From Candidatus Deferrimicrobiaceae bacterium (lineage in GTDB: Bacteria; Desulfobacterota; Deferrimicrobia; Deferrimicrobiales; Deferrimicrobiaceae): a stretch of DNA of 64,000 nt. The stretch is taken from NCBI GenBank assembly GCA_963792415.1, contig CAWBVY010000004.1, forward strand, positions 224,001 through 288,000. The letters run 5' to 3'. The position numbers and the translations under genes were made by a program. Below, piece by piece: positions 45,787-56,096 of the stretch. The first letter of the stretch is position 1; each line of letters opens with the position of its first letter. The notes beneath the pieces are model-generated. The model ran no database searches, was not told the DNA's origin, and worked only from the letters and a program-made list of their open reading frames with translations.

Positions 45787-46131
45787 ATGCGGAACTTCGT
45801 CGGCGAGAATGTCCTGATGCGGATCTTCATCGGGGAGGGGGACAAGTTCGGCGGCCGCCCCCTGCACGAAGCGCTGGTGGAACTCTTGAGGAAAGATGGA
45901 TTCCACGGCGCGACGGTGCTTCGCGGAGTCGCGGGGTTCGGGGCGCACAGCGTGTACCACACCGAGAAGATTCTCCGCCTGTCGCGCGACCTCCCGATCA
46001 TCGTCGAGGTGGTGGACACGCAGGAGAACGTCGACCGGGTCATGCCGAGACTCGACGAGATGATCGAAGGCGGCATGATCACCCTCGAGAAGATCAAGGT
46101 GATGCGGTACACCCACAGGCATGCGGAGTAG
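45787..46131 (+). CDS. DUF190 (PII-like) protein
   Basis: RIFIGE.D....PL, GATVLRGVAGFG, LS.DLPIIVEVVD; typical crcB neighbour. Confidence 0.92.
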   Translation: MRNFVGENVLMRIFIGEGDKFGGRPLHEALVELLRKDGFHGATVLRGVAGFGAHSVYHTEKILRLSRDLPIIVEVVDTQENVDRVMPRLDEMIEGGMITLEKIKVMRYTHRHAE

Positions 46132-46167
46132 GGGCGAATCGTAGCCTCGCAGGGAGGATTCCCGGGG

Positions 46168-47808
46168 ATGGACCTGTCCGGAACCGTCGCCCGCGTCGGG
46201 GCGATCTGCCGGCGTTTCAGGGTCGACTCCCTGATGCCGCAGCTTGCGGCGTGCGAGGAGCTCCTGGGCGGAGGCGGTCTGGTGGACGTGGCCGTGCTCG
46301 GGCAGTTCAAGGCGGGGAAGAGCTCGTTCCTCAACGGCCTGATCGGCGCCCCCGTCCTTCCGGTCGACGTTCTGCCGTCGACCGCCGTGGTCACCCGGAT
46401 CGGGTATGGCCCAAGGGAGCGGGTCACGGTCCACGACTCCGCGGGGGAGCGGATCGAGGTCCCGCCCCGCAGGCTGGCGGAGTTCGTTACCGAGCGGGGG
46501 AACCCCGCGAACGAAAAGCGGGTGGCGGTGGTCGACGTGGATCTTCCCTCCCTCGCACAGTACGAGGGGATCCGGTTCGTCGACACGCCGGGGATGGGCA
46601 GCGTCTTCGCCCACAACACGCGGGTGTCGAAAGAGTGGATGCCCCGCGTCGGGGCGGTCCTCGTCGCCGTCAGCGTCAACCATCCTCTGTCCGGCGATGA
46701 CCTGCTCCTCCTCAACGACGTGTCCGCCCACACCCCGGAGGCGGTCCTCCTGCTGACGAAGGCGGACCTGTTGTCGGGGGAAGAGCTCGCCTCCGTGATC
46801 GGATTCACCCGGAGCCAGACGACCTCCCGGACGGGGAAGGAGTGGAGGATTTTCCCGGTTTCCAATCGCCCCGGCTTCGAGGGGATGCGCGGGGAAGTGG
46901 CGGAGTACCTGCGGGAGCGGATCGCGGGGCGGCGGGAGGAGGCGTTCGGGGAGATCGCGCGTCACAAGGTCCATGCGCTGGTCGCCGGGTGCCGGAACTA
47001 CCTGCTCCTGGCGGAACGCGCGGCGGAGGCCGCCGATGCCGCCCGGTCCGACCTCGCCGCGGCGATGGCGCGCGAGCGGCGCGACTTCGGCTCCGTGAAG
47101 GGGGAGATCCGGCTCCTCTGCAACCACCTCCAGGCCGAGGTGCGAACCGCTGCAGACGAGCGGTTTTACGCTTACCACGGCGAAGTGACGGCACGGGTAT
47201 CCGCGAATCTCCGGGAGGCGATGGAGGGGTGGGAAGGGCACCTTGGACGGGTGACCCGGGAGTTCGAGGGGTGGCTTGGAGACGCGATGATGGAGGAGAT
47301 GGGGGCGATCTCCCTGCACGGCGAAGGGCATCTCGCGGGGTTTCTCTTCAGGGCGCAGGCGAGCGTCGAGCGGTCGGTGCGGGCCTTCGCGGACCGGCTG
47401 GCGAGGGAGATCGAGCGCGCCCTCGGGATCCGATTCGACGGGGCCCGGTTCGATCCGCGGGTCGAAGAGCCGGCCCACCCCGACGTCCGCCTCTCCCCCA
47501 CGTTCGACACCCATTTCGAACTGCTCTGGTTCCTCGTTCCGATGGGGCTCTTCCGGCCGCTGGTCCGCAGGCATTTCCTGCGCAGGGTCCCGTGGGAGGT
47601 CGAGAAGAACCTCTCCCGCGTGGCGGCCCAGTGGGCCGACGCCGTGGCCGCTTCGATCGACGGTCTGTTCCGGGACGCGACGACGTTTCTCGAGCGCGAG
47701 GTCGAAACCATTGCGGGGCTGGTTGGCGAAGCCGACGCGGGGACCCGGCGCGAGGAGATCCGGGCCGCGCTTCAGGAGCTTTCCGCCCTCGAATCTGCGG
47801 TATCCTGA
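46168..47808 (+). CDS. Bacterial dynamin-like GTPase
   Basis: G1 GQFKAGKSS, G2 LPSTAV, G3 DTPG, G4 TKAD, long helical C-terminus. Confidence 0.88.
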   Translation: MDLSGTVARVGAICRRFRVDSLMPQLAACEELLGGGGLVDVAVLGQFKAGKSSFLNGLIGAPVLPVDVLPSTAVVTRIGYGPRERVTVHDSAGERIEVPPRRLAEFVTERGNPANEKRVAVVDVDLPSLAQYEGIRFVDTPGMGSVFAHNTRVSKEWMPRVGAVLVAVSVNHPLSGDDLLLLNDVSAHTPEAVLLLTKADLLSGEELASVIGFTRSQTTSRTGKEWRIFPVSNRPGFEGMRGEVAEYLRERIAGRREEAFGEIARHKVHALVAGCRNYLLLAERAAEAADAARSDLAAAMARERRDFGSVKGEIRLLCNHLQAEVRTAADERFYAYHGEVTARVSANLREAMEGWEGHLGRVTREFEGWLGDAMMEEMGAISLHGEGHLAGFLFRAQASVERSVRAFADRLAREIERALGIRFDGARFDPRVEEPAHPDVRLSPTFDTHFELLWFLVPMGLFRPLVRRHFLRRVPWEVEKNLSRVAAQWADAVAASIDGLFRDATTFLEREVETIAGLVGEADAGTRREEIRAALQELSALESAVS

Positions 47809-47847
47809 TAACTTGATGGACGACACCAGACCACAAGGAGGATTCCA

Positions 47848-49518
47848 GTGCGCTCAGACGTCATAAAGAAGGGATTCGAGCGGGCGCCCCACCGCAGCCT
47901 GTTGAAGGCCACCGGCGTCACCGACGCCGACATGGGGAAGCCGTTCATCGCCATCTGCAACTCGTTCGTCGAGATCATCCCCGGCCACGTGCACCTGAAC
48001 CGGGTCGGACGGTACGTGAAGGAGTGCATCCGGGAGGCGGGCGGCGTCGCCTTCGAGTTCAACACGATCGGCGTGGACGACGGGATCGCCATGGGGCACA
48101 GCGGGATGCTCTACTCCCTTCCGTCGCGCGAGATCATCGCGGATTCCGTCGAGACGATGCTCAAGGCCCACTGCTTCGACGGGATGATCTGCATCCCGAA
48201 CTGCGACAAGATCGTCCCCGGCATGCTGATGGCGGCGATGCGGTGCAACATCCCGACGATCTTCGTCTCCGGCGGGCCGATGAAGGCGGGGGTGACGAAG
48301 GAAGGGCGGGTCGTAGACCTCATCACCGTCTTCGAGGGGGTGGGGGCGCACAAGCTCGGGAACCTCTCCGACGAGGGGCTCAAGGAGCTCGAGGACACCG
48401 GGTGCCCCACCTGCGGAAGCTGCTCCGGCATGTTCACGGCGAACTCGATGAACTGCCTGTGCGAGGCGCTCGGGATGGCGCTTCCGGGGAACGGGTCGGT
48501 GCTCGCGGTCGACACGAAACGGGATGAACTTTACCGCGCGGCGGCGTTCCGCCTGATGGACATGGTGCGCAAGGACGTGAAGCCGCGCGACATCGCGACG
48601 CTCGACGCCTTCGACAACGCGCTGGCGCTCGACATGGCGATGGGCGGCTCCACGAACACGATCCTCCACACCCTGGCGATCGCCCATGAAGCGGGGGTCC
48701 CGTTCGACCTGGCGCGGATCGACGCGATCTCCCGGAAGACGCCCACGCTGTGCAAGGTGTCGCCGTCGTCCCAGTACCACATGGAGGACGTGGACCGCGC
48801 GGGGGGGATCACGGCGATCCTTTCGGAGCTGTTCAAGGTGCCGGGGCTCATGAAGCGGGGCTGCCTCACCGTGACGGGGAAGACCCTCGAGGAGAACGTG
48901 GCAAAGGCGGGGTCGCAGGACCCGGCGGTCATCCGGCCCCTTTCCGACGCGTACAGCAAGGAAGGGGGGCTCGCGGTCCTCTACGGTAACCTCGCGACCG
49001 AAGGCGCGGTCGTCAAGGCCGCCGGGGTCGATCCGAAGATGCTCGTCTTCGAGGGGTCCGCCGTGATCTTCGAGTCGCAGGACGAGGCGTGCGAGGGGAT
49101 CCTCGCGGGGAAGGTGAAGGGGGGCGACTTCGTCGTCATCCGGTACGAAGGGCCCAAAGGCGGACCCGGGATGCAGGAGATGCTCGCGCCGACGTCGTAC
49201 ATCATGGGCGAGGGGCTCGGCGACAAGGTGGCGATGGTCACCGACGGGCGCTTCTCCGGGGGGACGCGCGGGGCGGTCATCGGGCACGTCTCCCCCGAGG
49301 CGGCCGCCGGGGGGACGATCGCCCTGGTCCGGAACGGGGACCGGATCCGCCTCGACATCCCGGCGCGGAAGCTGGAACTGGTGGTCCCGGAAGCGGAACT
49401 TGCCGAACGGCGCGCGAAATGGCGTCTTCCCGCCAAGGTGAAATCAACGGGTTCTCTCGGGAAGTACGCCGCGATGGCGACCAGCGCGAGCACCGGCGCG
49501 ATCCTGAGATGGGGATGA
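47848..49518 (+). CDS. ilvD: Dihydroxy-acid dehydratase
   Basis: [53 protein letters not shown]. Confidence 0.96.
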   Translation: MRSDVIKKGFERAPHRSLLKATGVTDADMGKPFIAICNSFVEIIPGHVHLNRVGRYVKECIREAGGVAFEFNTIGVDDGIAMGHSGMLYSLPSREIIADSVETMLKAHCFDGMICIPNCDKIVPGMLMAAMRCNIPTIFVSGGPMKAGVTKEGRVVDLITVFEGVGAHKLGNLSDEGLKELEDTGCPTCGSCSGMFTANSMNCLCEALGMALPGNGSVLAVDTKRDELYRAAAFRLMDMVRKDVKPRDIATLDAFDNALALDMAMGGSTNTILHTLAIAHEAGVPFDLARIDAISRKTPTLCKVSPSSQYHMEDVDRAGGITAILSELFKVPGLMKRGCLTVTGKTLEENVAKAGSQDPAVIRPLSDAYSKEGGLAVLYGNLATEGAVVKAAGVDPKMLVFEGSAVIFESQDEACEGILAGKVKGGDFVVIRYEGPKGGPGMQEMLAPTSYIMGEGLGDKVAMVTDGRFSGGTRGAVIGHVSPEAAAGGTIALVRNGDRIRLDIPARKLELVVPEAELAERRAKWRLPAKVKSTGSLGKYAAMATSASTGAILRWG

Positions 49519-49654
49519 TCCCGTATCGCAAACGGTGAACCGGGAAGAATCCCGGAACCGACTGAAGAAAGGAGGAGAAAACGGCGATAAGCACGGGAAA
49601 TACGCCCTCTTCGTGCCAGTCTTTCGGCCGGGGAAAGAAAAGGGGGATGTCCGG

Positions 49655-50620
49655 ATGAATCGTGGGGCGCGGATCGTTACGGTTCTATTGGCTCTGGTGG
49701 CACTGTCGCTTTCCTCGTGCGGAGGTGGCGGGGGAGGGGGGAGCAGCGCGTCCCCCTACACCGGACTGGCCACCCCCGCCGTGATCACCACGTCCAACGC
49801 CGACGACATCGCAAGGCAGGCGTTCCAGGGAGGCGACCTCGGGGCGAACGTGACCCTCGCCCCGGCACATTCCGACATGGCGTCCCCGATGGCGGCGAGG
49901 CCGGCCGCCCTTACCCTCGTTCAGATTCTGACGAAAGCATCCACCGCCGCGCTCCTGGCCCCATCCTCCGCCCCGGCGCCGGCGCCGGCGCCGCGGGCGG
50001 TCGTCACGATCGATAATACCGAAACGGACGGGATGGGTGGAAGCGCCCGTTTCATTTTGTCTGTGAACGATGAGACGGGAGCGTTCACCGGGACGATCGT
50101 GTTCACGAACTTCCACGGGGATGGCGGCGGCGCGATCAACGGAACCGTTGCCGTGTCGGGCGTCGTCTACAGTGACGACTATATCGAGATCCACATCGAC
50201 TTCCGATCGGTCAGGGTCGTGGACGGCACGACCGACGTCACCGCCCAAGGCGCCGTGTACCTCACCTCCGGAACCGGCGGGGGACAAGCAACCCTCAACC
50301 TCTGCTTCACCGACAACGGGACCGGGAAAGGCGTCTTGCTTTCGGACTACACGGTGGCCGTGACGGACCTCGGGGGCGCCACCGATGTCCGGGTGTCCGG
50401 ACGCATCTACCTGCACGATTACGGGTACGTGGACGTCTGGACGGAGGCGCCGTTCCTCTATCCGGCCCTGTCCACCCAGCCGACGAGCGGGGCCATCACG
50501 CTGACAGGGGACAACAACTGCCGGGCGAGATTGACCGTGGTGGATGCGGCCACGTACACGGTCGAGCTCGACGCCGACGGGAATGGATCGTACGAATGGT
50601 CCGTCACCCACAGCTGGTAG
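49655..50620 (+). CDS. Hypothetical beta-rich surface lipoprotein
   Basis: Lipobox LSSC followed by poly-Gly tether; Thr/Gly/Val-rich beta strands; C-terminal DADGNG. Confidence 0.75.
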   Translation: MNRGARIVTVLLALVALSLSSCGGGGGGGSSASPYTGLATPAVITTSNADDIARQAFQGGDLGANVTLAPAHSDMASPMAARPAALTLVQILTKASTAALLAPSSAPAPAPAPRAVVTIDNTETDGMGGSARFILSVNDETGAFTGTIVFTNFHGDGGGAINGTVAVSGVVYSDDYIEIHIDFRSVRVVDGTTDVTAQGAVYLTSGTGGGQATLNLCFTDNGTGKGVLLSDYTVAVTDLGGATDVRVSGRIYLHDYGYVDVWTEAPFLYPALSTQPTSGAITLTGDNNCRARLTVVDAATYTVELDADGNGSYEWSVTHSW

Positions 50621-50741
50621 CCCGACGGCGAAAGCGATAACGATGGGCTGATCCCGTCGAAGATTTCGCCCCCGTGGAGGGGGGCCGGAGGCGGCGCGCT
50701 CCGGCCCCTCCCGGGCCCCTTCGGAACCATTCATAACCGTC

Positions 50742-50793
50742 CGTATTTATTATATATTCCTTGACACGACGATCCCGACAACTGTGATAGAAT
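50742..50793 (+). promoter_or_regulatory. gyrA promoter
   Basis: AT-rich UP-like tract, TTGACA at 50761-50766, extended -10 TGaTAGAAT at 50785-50793. Confidence 0.65.
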
Positions 50794-50869
50794 GACTCAT
50801 TTGCACGGATAGGCGCGCGGCGATCCCGCCGCATCGATCCGGATCCTTCGAAGGAGCACCCGAATCCCC

Positions 50870-53302
50870 ATGGACCTGTTCCAGAAGCAGGCACAGCCCC
50901 GCGCCATCCAGGACGAGATGCGCCAGAGCTACCTCGACTACGCGATGAGCGTGATCGTGGGGCGCGCGCTTCCCGACGTCCGCGACGGGCTGAAACCCGT
51001 CCAGCGCCGCATCCTCTTCGCCATGCACGAGCTTGGGAACGAGTACGGAAAGCCGTACAAGAAGTCCGCCCGCATCGTCGGCGACGTGATCGGTAAATAT
51101 CACCCGCACGGCGACAACGCGGTGTACGACGCCCTCGTGCGGATGGTGCAGGAGTTCTCGCTGCGGTACCCCCTGATCGACGGGCAGGGGAACTTCGGTT
51201 CGGTGGACGGCGACTCGGCCGCGGCGATGCGGTACACCGAGGTCCGGATGGCGAAGGTGGCGGGGGAACTGCTGTCGGATCTCGACAAGGAAACGGTCGA
51301 GACGCTCCCCAACTACGACGGCTCGCTCCAGGAGCCGCGCGTCCTTCCGTCCCGCGTTCCCAACCTGCTGGTGAACGGGAGCGCGGGGATCGCCGTCGGG
51401 ATGGCGACTTCCATCCCGCCCCACAACCTCGGCGAGGTGATCGGCGCCCTGCTCGCCCTGATCGGCAACCCCGACATCACGGTCGACGAGCTGATGGAGC
51501 ACGTCCCGGCGCCCGATTTCCCCACCGGCGGGATCCTCTACGGTCTCGACGGGGTGCGCGAGGCGTACCGCACGGGGCGCGGCAGCGTCCAGATCCGCGC
51601 GCGGGCCTTCATCGAGAAGGCGAAGAAGGGGGACCGGGAGTCGATCGTCGTCACCGAGATCCCGTACCAGGTGAACAAGTCCCGCCTCATCGAGCGGATG
51701 GCGGAGCTGGTGCGGAACAAGGAGATCGAGGAGATCTCGGACCTGCGGGACGAGTCCGACCGCGACGGGATGCGCGTGGTCGTGGAACTGAAGAAGGACG
51801 CGGTCGCCGAGGTCGTCCTCAACAACCTGTACAAGCAGACCCAGATGCAGACCTCCTTCGGCGTGCAGCTGCTGGCGATCGTCCAGAACCGGCCGCGGAC
51901 GATGAACCTCAAGGAGCTCCTCGAGGAGTTCCTCGCCTTCCGGAAGGAGGTCGTCACCCGGCGGACCCTCTTCCTGCTGCGGAAGGCGGAGGCCCGGGAG
52001 CACATCCTGCTCGGGCTTTCGATCGCCCTCGACCACATCGACGCGGTCATCCGGCTGATCCGGGCCTCGAAGGACCCGAAGGAGGCGAAGGAAGGCCTCG
52101 TGGCGAAGTTCGGCCTGTCGGAGATCCAGGCCCAGGCGATCCTCGACATGCGGCTGCAGCGGCTGACCGGGCTGGAGCGCGAGAAGATCCTGCAGGAGCT
52201 GAAGGAGGTTCGCGCGGAGATCGCCCGGCTGAAAAAGATCCTCGGCGAGGAGTCGGAGCTTCTGCGCGTGATCGGGCAGGAGTTCCGCGAGATCCGGGAC
52301 GCCTACGGGGACGCCCGCCGCTCCGAGATCCAGCGCGAGACGAAGGACCTGCGGCTCGAGGACCTGATCGTGGACGAGGAGATGGTGGTCACCGTCTCCC
52401 ACACGGGGTACATCAAGCGGAATCCGATCAGCCTCTACCGGACGCAGCGGCGCGGGGGGCGCGGGAAGGTCGGCATGGGGATGAAGGAGGAGGATTTCGT
52501 CTCGATGCTCTTCGTCGCCTCGATGCACACGTACGTCCTCTTCTTCTCGAACCAGGGGAAGGTGTACTGGCTGAAGGTCCACGAATTGCCGGAGGCGGGG
52601 CGCGCCTCGAAGGGGCGGGCCATCGTGAACCTCCTGTCCCTCTCCCCCGGCGAGGAGATCGCGTCGATCCTCCCCGTCCGGGAGTTCACGGAGGGGAAGT
52701 TCGTGATGACGGCGACGGCGCTCGGGGTCATCAAGAAGACGGACCTCATGGAGTACTCCCGGCCGCGCGCGGGCGGCATCATCGCCATGGGTCTGAACGA
52801 GGGGGACCGGCTGATCGCGACGGCACTCACCACGGGGCAGGACGAGGTGTCCCTCTCCACCCGCCAGGGGATGTCGATCCGCTTCCACGAGGAGGACGTC
52901 CGGTCGATGGGCCGCGCGGCGGTGGGGGTGCGCGGCATCGACCTCGAGGAGGGGGACGTCGCCGTGGGGATGGAGATCCTGAAGCCCCAGGGGACGCTCC
53001 TTTCCGTGACGGAGCACGGGTACGGGAAGCGCACGGCGGTCGAGGAGTACCGGAGCCAGTCGCGGGGCGGCAAGGGCGTGATCGCCCTGAAGGTGACGGG
53101 GAAGACCGGCCGCGTGGTCGGGGTCAGCCAGGTCGCCGAAACGGACGAGGTGATGCTGGTCACCGACGGCGGGAAGATCATCCGGCTCGGGATGGGCGAT
53201 CTGCGGGTGATCGGGAGGAACACGCAGGGCGTCCGCCTGATCGGACTCGGCGAGAAGGAAAGGGTCGTCTCGATCGCGCGCCTGGCGGAGAAGGAAGAGT
53301 GA
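50870..53302 (+). CDS. gyrA: DNA gyrase subunit A
   Basis: [38 protein letters not shown] catalytic Tyr, GyrA-box QRRGGRG. Confidence 0.99.
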   Translation: MDLFQKQAQPRAIQDEMRQSYLDYAMSVIVGRALPDVRDGLKPVQRRILFAMHELGNEYGKPYKKSARIVGDVIGKYHPHGDNAVYDALVRMVQEFSLRYPLIDGQGNFGSVDGDSAAAMRYTEVRMAKVAGELLSDLDKETVETLPNYDGSLQEPRVLPSRVPNLLVNGSAGIAVGMATSIPPHNLGEVIGALLALIGNPDITVDELMEHVPAPDFPTGGILYGLDGVREAYRTGRGSVQIRARAFIEKAKKGDRESIVVTEIPYQVNKSRLIERMAELVRNKEIEEISDLRDESDRDGMRVVVELKKDAVAEVVLNNLYKQTQMQTSFGVQLLAIVQNRPRTMNLKELLEEFLAFRKEVVTRRTLFLLRKAEAREHILLGLSIALDHIDAVIRLIRASKDPKEAKEGLVAKFGLSEIQAQAILDMRLQRLTGLEREKILQELKEVRAEIARLKKILGEESELLRVIGQEFREIRDAYGDARRSEIQRETKDLRLEDLIVDEEMVVTVSHTGYIKRNPISLYRTQRRGGRGKVGMGMKEEDFVSMLFVASMHTYVLFFSNQGKVYWLKVHELPEAGRASKGRAIVNLLSLSPGEEIASILPVREFTEGKFVMTATALGVIKKTDLMEYSRPRAGGIIAMGLNEGDRLIATALTTGQDEVSLSTRQGMSIRFHEEDVRSMGRAAVGVRGIDLEEGDVAVGMEILKPQGTLLSVTEHGYGKRTAVEEYRSQSRGGKGVIALKVTGKTGRVVGVSQVAETDEVMLVTDGGKIIRLGMGDLRVIGRNTQGVRLIGLGEKERVVSIARLAEKEE

Positions 53303-53305
53303 GCG

Positions 53306-54091
53306 GTGGCGGGGGCGTGGAGGATCGGGCTCCTGTGCGGGGCGCTGCTTCTTTCGGCGGCGTGCGCGGACCCGGCCCGGGAGCGGTTCGAGCGGGCGGA
53401 GAAGGAACTCCTTTCGCAGAAGATGGAGGCGGCCCTCGCCGACTACCGGGTCATCGCCCGGGACCATCCCCAGTCGCGGGTTGCCCCGGCCGCCCTGCTG
53501 CGCCAGGGGGACCTCTACGGCGGCTACTTCCGGAACTTCCCCGCGGCGCTCGAGGCGTACGAATCCCTCGTGTACAACTACCCGAGGGCGCCCGAGGTGC
53601 CGCGCGCGCTGCTGCGGACCGCGGAGATCCACCTGCTGCAGTACTTCGACCCCTCCTCGGCGGCCGCGGATCTGGAGCGGATCCGGAAGACGTTCCCGCG
53701 GTTCGAGGGGGAGGACGAGGTGCTCTTCCTCCTCGCGCGGGCGTATGGCGCCGCGGGGGAGGACGAGCGGCAGGAGGCGGCGCTCGCCGAACTGATCGAG
53801 CAATTTCCCAATTCGAACCGCGCGGCCGAGGGGCGATGGATGCTGGCGTACGCGCTCTTCGGGCAGCGCCGGTACGCCGACGCGGGCCGGGAGTTCCGCA
53901 AGCTTCTGTATCTTTCGACGGAGCGCGAGTCCACGGCCCAGGCGCGCTGGGGGGTGGCGCAGTCGCTCGAGGGGATGGGGGACCTCGAGGGCGCGATCTC
54001 CCAGTACGAGGCGATGCTGGAAGACGCGGACAACCCGGAGTACGTGACGGAGAAGATCGAGCGGCTCAAGGCCCGCCTCCGGAAGCCGTGA
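53306..54091 (+). CDS. TPR-repeat lipoprotein (BamD/YfiO-like)
   Basis: Lipobox SAAC; repeated Y..L...YP...A..A TPR units. Confidence 0.82.
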   Translation: MAGAWRIGLLCGALLLSAACADPARERFERAEKELLSQKMEAALADYRVIARDHPQSRVAPAALLRQGDLYGGYFRNFPAALEAYESLVYNYPRAPEVPRALLRTAEIHLLQYFDPSSAAADLERIRKTFPRFEGEDEVLFLLARAYGAAGEDERQEAALAELIEQFPNSNRAAEGRWMLAYALFGQRRYADAGREFRKLLYLSTERESTAQARWGVAQSLEGMGDLEGAISQYEAMLEDADNPEYVTEKIERLKARLRKP

Positions 54092-54116
54092 TCGCTCCGG
54101 AACGGTACGGGAGGCG

Positions 54117-55133
54117 GTGAGCGTGGAGAGAAAGGAGTCGGTCGCCGTCGTCGGGGCGGGGTCGTGGGGGACGGCGTTCGCCGCGATGCTCGCCGGGCGG
54201 CACGAATCGGTCACTCTGTGGGCGCACGAGACGGAGGTGTTCGCCGACCTCCGGGATCGGCGGGAAAACCGTGCCTTCCTGCCGGGGGTCGCCCTCCCCT
54301 CGGCGATCCGGCCGACGATCGACCTCGCGGGTGCGGTTTCCGGGAAGACCGTGGTGGTCTTCGCCGTTCCGTCCCAGCACCTGCGGGAGGTGGCGGCGCG
54401 GACGACGGCGCACCTGTCCCCCGACGCTTGCCTCGTCTCCCTGGCCAAGGGGGTCGAGAACGGAACGCTGAAGCGGATGACGGAGGTGCTCGCCGAGGCG
54501 TCCCCGGAGCACGCCCTCCGCGTCGCGGCCCTTTCCGGCCCGACCTTCGCCCGCGAGGTGGCGGAAGGGAAGCCGACGGGAGCGACGGTGGCGGCGCGCG
54601 ACCTCTCCGTCGCGCGGAGGCTGCAGCACGCGCTGTCCGGTTCCCGATTCCGCCTCTACGCCGACGACGACGTGACGGGGATCGAGATCGGCGGGGCGTT
54701 GAAAAACGTGATGGCGATCGCGGCGGGGATGGCCGACGGGCTGGGGTTCGGCCACAACGCGCGGGCGCTCCTCATCTCCCGGGGGCTCGCCGAGATCTCC
54801 CGGCTGGGCGTCCACCTCGGTGCGCACCCGCAGACGTTCGCGGGGCTGGCGGGGATGGGGGACCTGGTCCTCACCTGCACCGGCGACCTCTCCCGGAACC
54901 GGACCGTCGGGGTGCGCGTGGGGTCCGGCGAGAGGATCGCCGACATCCTCCCGGGGATGACGATGGTGGCCGAGGGAGTCCGTACGGCGGTCTCCGCCGT
55001 GGAGCTGTCGCGCCGCACGGGGGTGCCGATGCCGATCTCGGAGCAGGTGCACCGCATTCTCCACGAGGGGAAGGACGTCCGGGAGGCGGTGAGCGAGCTC
55101 TTTTCCCGGGCGCTGAAGCGGGAGAAGGAGTAG
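54117..55133 (+). CDS. gpsA: NAD(P)H-dependent glycerol-3-phosphate dehydrogenase
   Basis: [47 protein letters not shown]. Confidence 0.97.
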   Translation: MSVERKESVAVVGAGSWGTAFAAMLAGRHESVTLWAHETEVFADLRDRRENRAFLPGVALPSAIRPTIDLAGAVSGKTVVVFAVPSQHLREVAARTTAHLSPDACLVSLAKGVENGTLKRMTEVLAEASPEHALRVAALSGPTFAREVAEGKPTGATVAARDLSVARRLQHALSGSRFRLYADDDVTGIEIGGALKNVMAIAAGMADGLGFGHNARALLISRGLAEISRLGVHLGAHPQTFAGLAGMGDLVLTCTGDLSRNRTVGVRVGSGERIADILPGMTMVAEGVRTAVSAVELSRRTGVPMPISEQVHRILHEGKDVREAVSELFSRALKREKE

Positions 55134-55140
55134 GAGCGCG

Positions 55141-56070
55141 ATGCGGAAGGAAGTGCCGGCCCTCAAGGCGGAGATCGGGAAACTGCTTTCGGAGCGCAAC
55201 GCAATCCTGCTGGCGCACAATTACCAGCGGGACGAGGTGCAGGAGATCGCGGACATCACGGGCGACTCGCTGGGGCTCTCGCAGGAGGCGGCGAAGACGA
55301 ACGCGGATGTGATCGTCTTCTGCGGCGTCCACTTCATGGCCGAGAGCGCCGCGATCCTGTCCCCGGGGAAGACCGTGCTGCTGCCGCGCGAGGACGCGGG
55401 GTGCCCGATGGCGGACATGATCACCGGACCCGACCTCGCGGCGTACCGGGAAGCGCATCCCGGCGCCGTCGTCGTGACGTACGTCAACTCCTCCGCGGAG
55501 GTGAAGGCCCTCTCCGACGTCTGCTGCACCTCGGGCAACGCGGTGAACGTGGTGAAGTCGGTCCCGGCGGGGAAGGAGATCTACATGGTCCCCGACCGGA
55601 ACCTCGCGCAGTGGGTGGCGAAGGTGTCGGGCCGCCCGCTCACCTGGTGGGACGGCTACTGCCCGACCCACGAGCGGCTGACCGTCGACGCCACGGTGAG
55701 GGCGAAGGAGGCCCACCCGGACGCCGTGCTCGTGGTCCACCCCGAGTGCCCGCCCGAGGTGGTGGCGATGGCGGACGCGGTCCTCTCCACGGCGGGGATG
55801 TACGCCTGGTGCCGGCGCTCCCCGGCGAAGGAGTTCATCGTCGGGACGGAGATGGGGATCCTCTACCGGCTCCGGAAGGAGAACCCGGGAAAGCGGTTCC
55901 ACACCGCCTCGCGCGCCCTCCTGTGCCCGAACATGAAGCTCACGACGCTCGAGGACGTGCGGGACGCGCTCGTCTCCCTCTCGCCCGTGATCACGGTGCC
56001 CGAAGAGGTGCGGGTCCGTGCGAAGGCGGCCCTCGACGCGATGCTCGCCGTTCCCCGCGACGCCGCGTAG
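55141..56070 (+). CDS. nadA: Quinolinate synthase
   Basis: [40 protein letters not shown]. Confidence 0.97.
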   Translation: MRKEVPALKAEIGKLLSERNAILLAHNYQRDEVQEIADITGDSLGLSQEAAKTNADVIVFCGVHFMAESAAILSPGKTVLLPREDAGCPMADMITGPDLAAYREAHPGAVVVTYVNSSAEVKALSDVCCTSGNAVNVVKSVPAGKEIYMVPDRNLAQWVAKVSGRPLTWWDGYCPTHERLTVDATVRAKEAHPDAVLVVHPECPPEVVAMADAVLSTAGMYAWCRRSPAKEFIVGTEMGILYRLRKENPGKRFHTASRALLCPNMKLTTLEDVRDALVSLSPVITVPEEVRVRAKAALDAMLAVPRDAA

Positions 56071-56096
56071 ATCACCCCCGGACCTTCGTCCCCGGA

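Noticed and set aside
49965-49995. CCGGCG tandem repeats (and CCT repeats near 41910-41932)
   Set aside because: They simply encode Ala-Pro or poly-Pro linkers.
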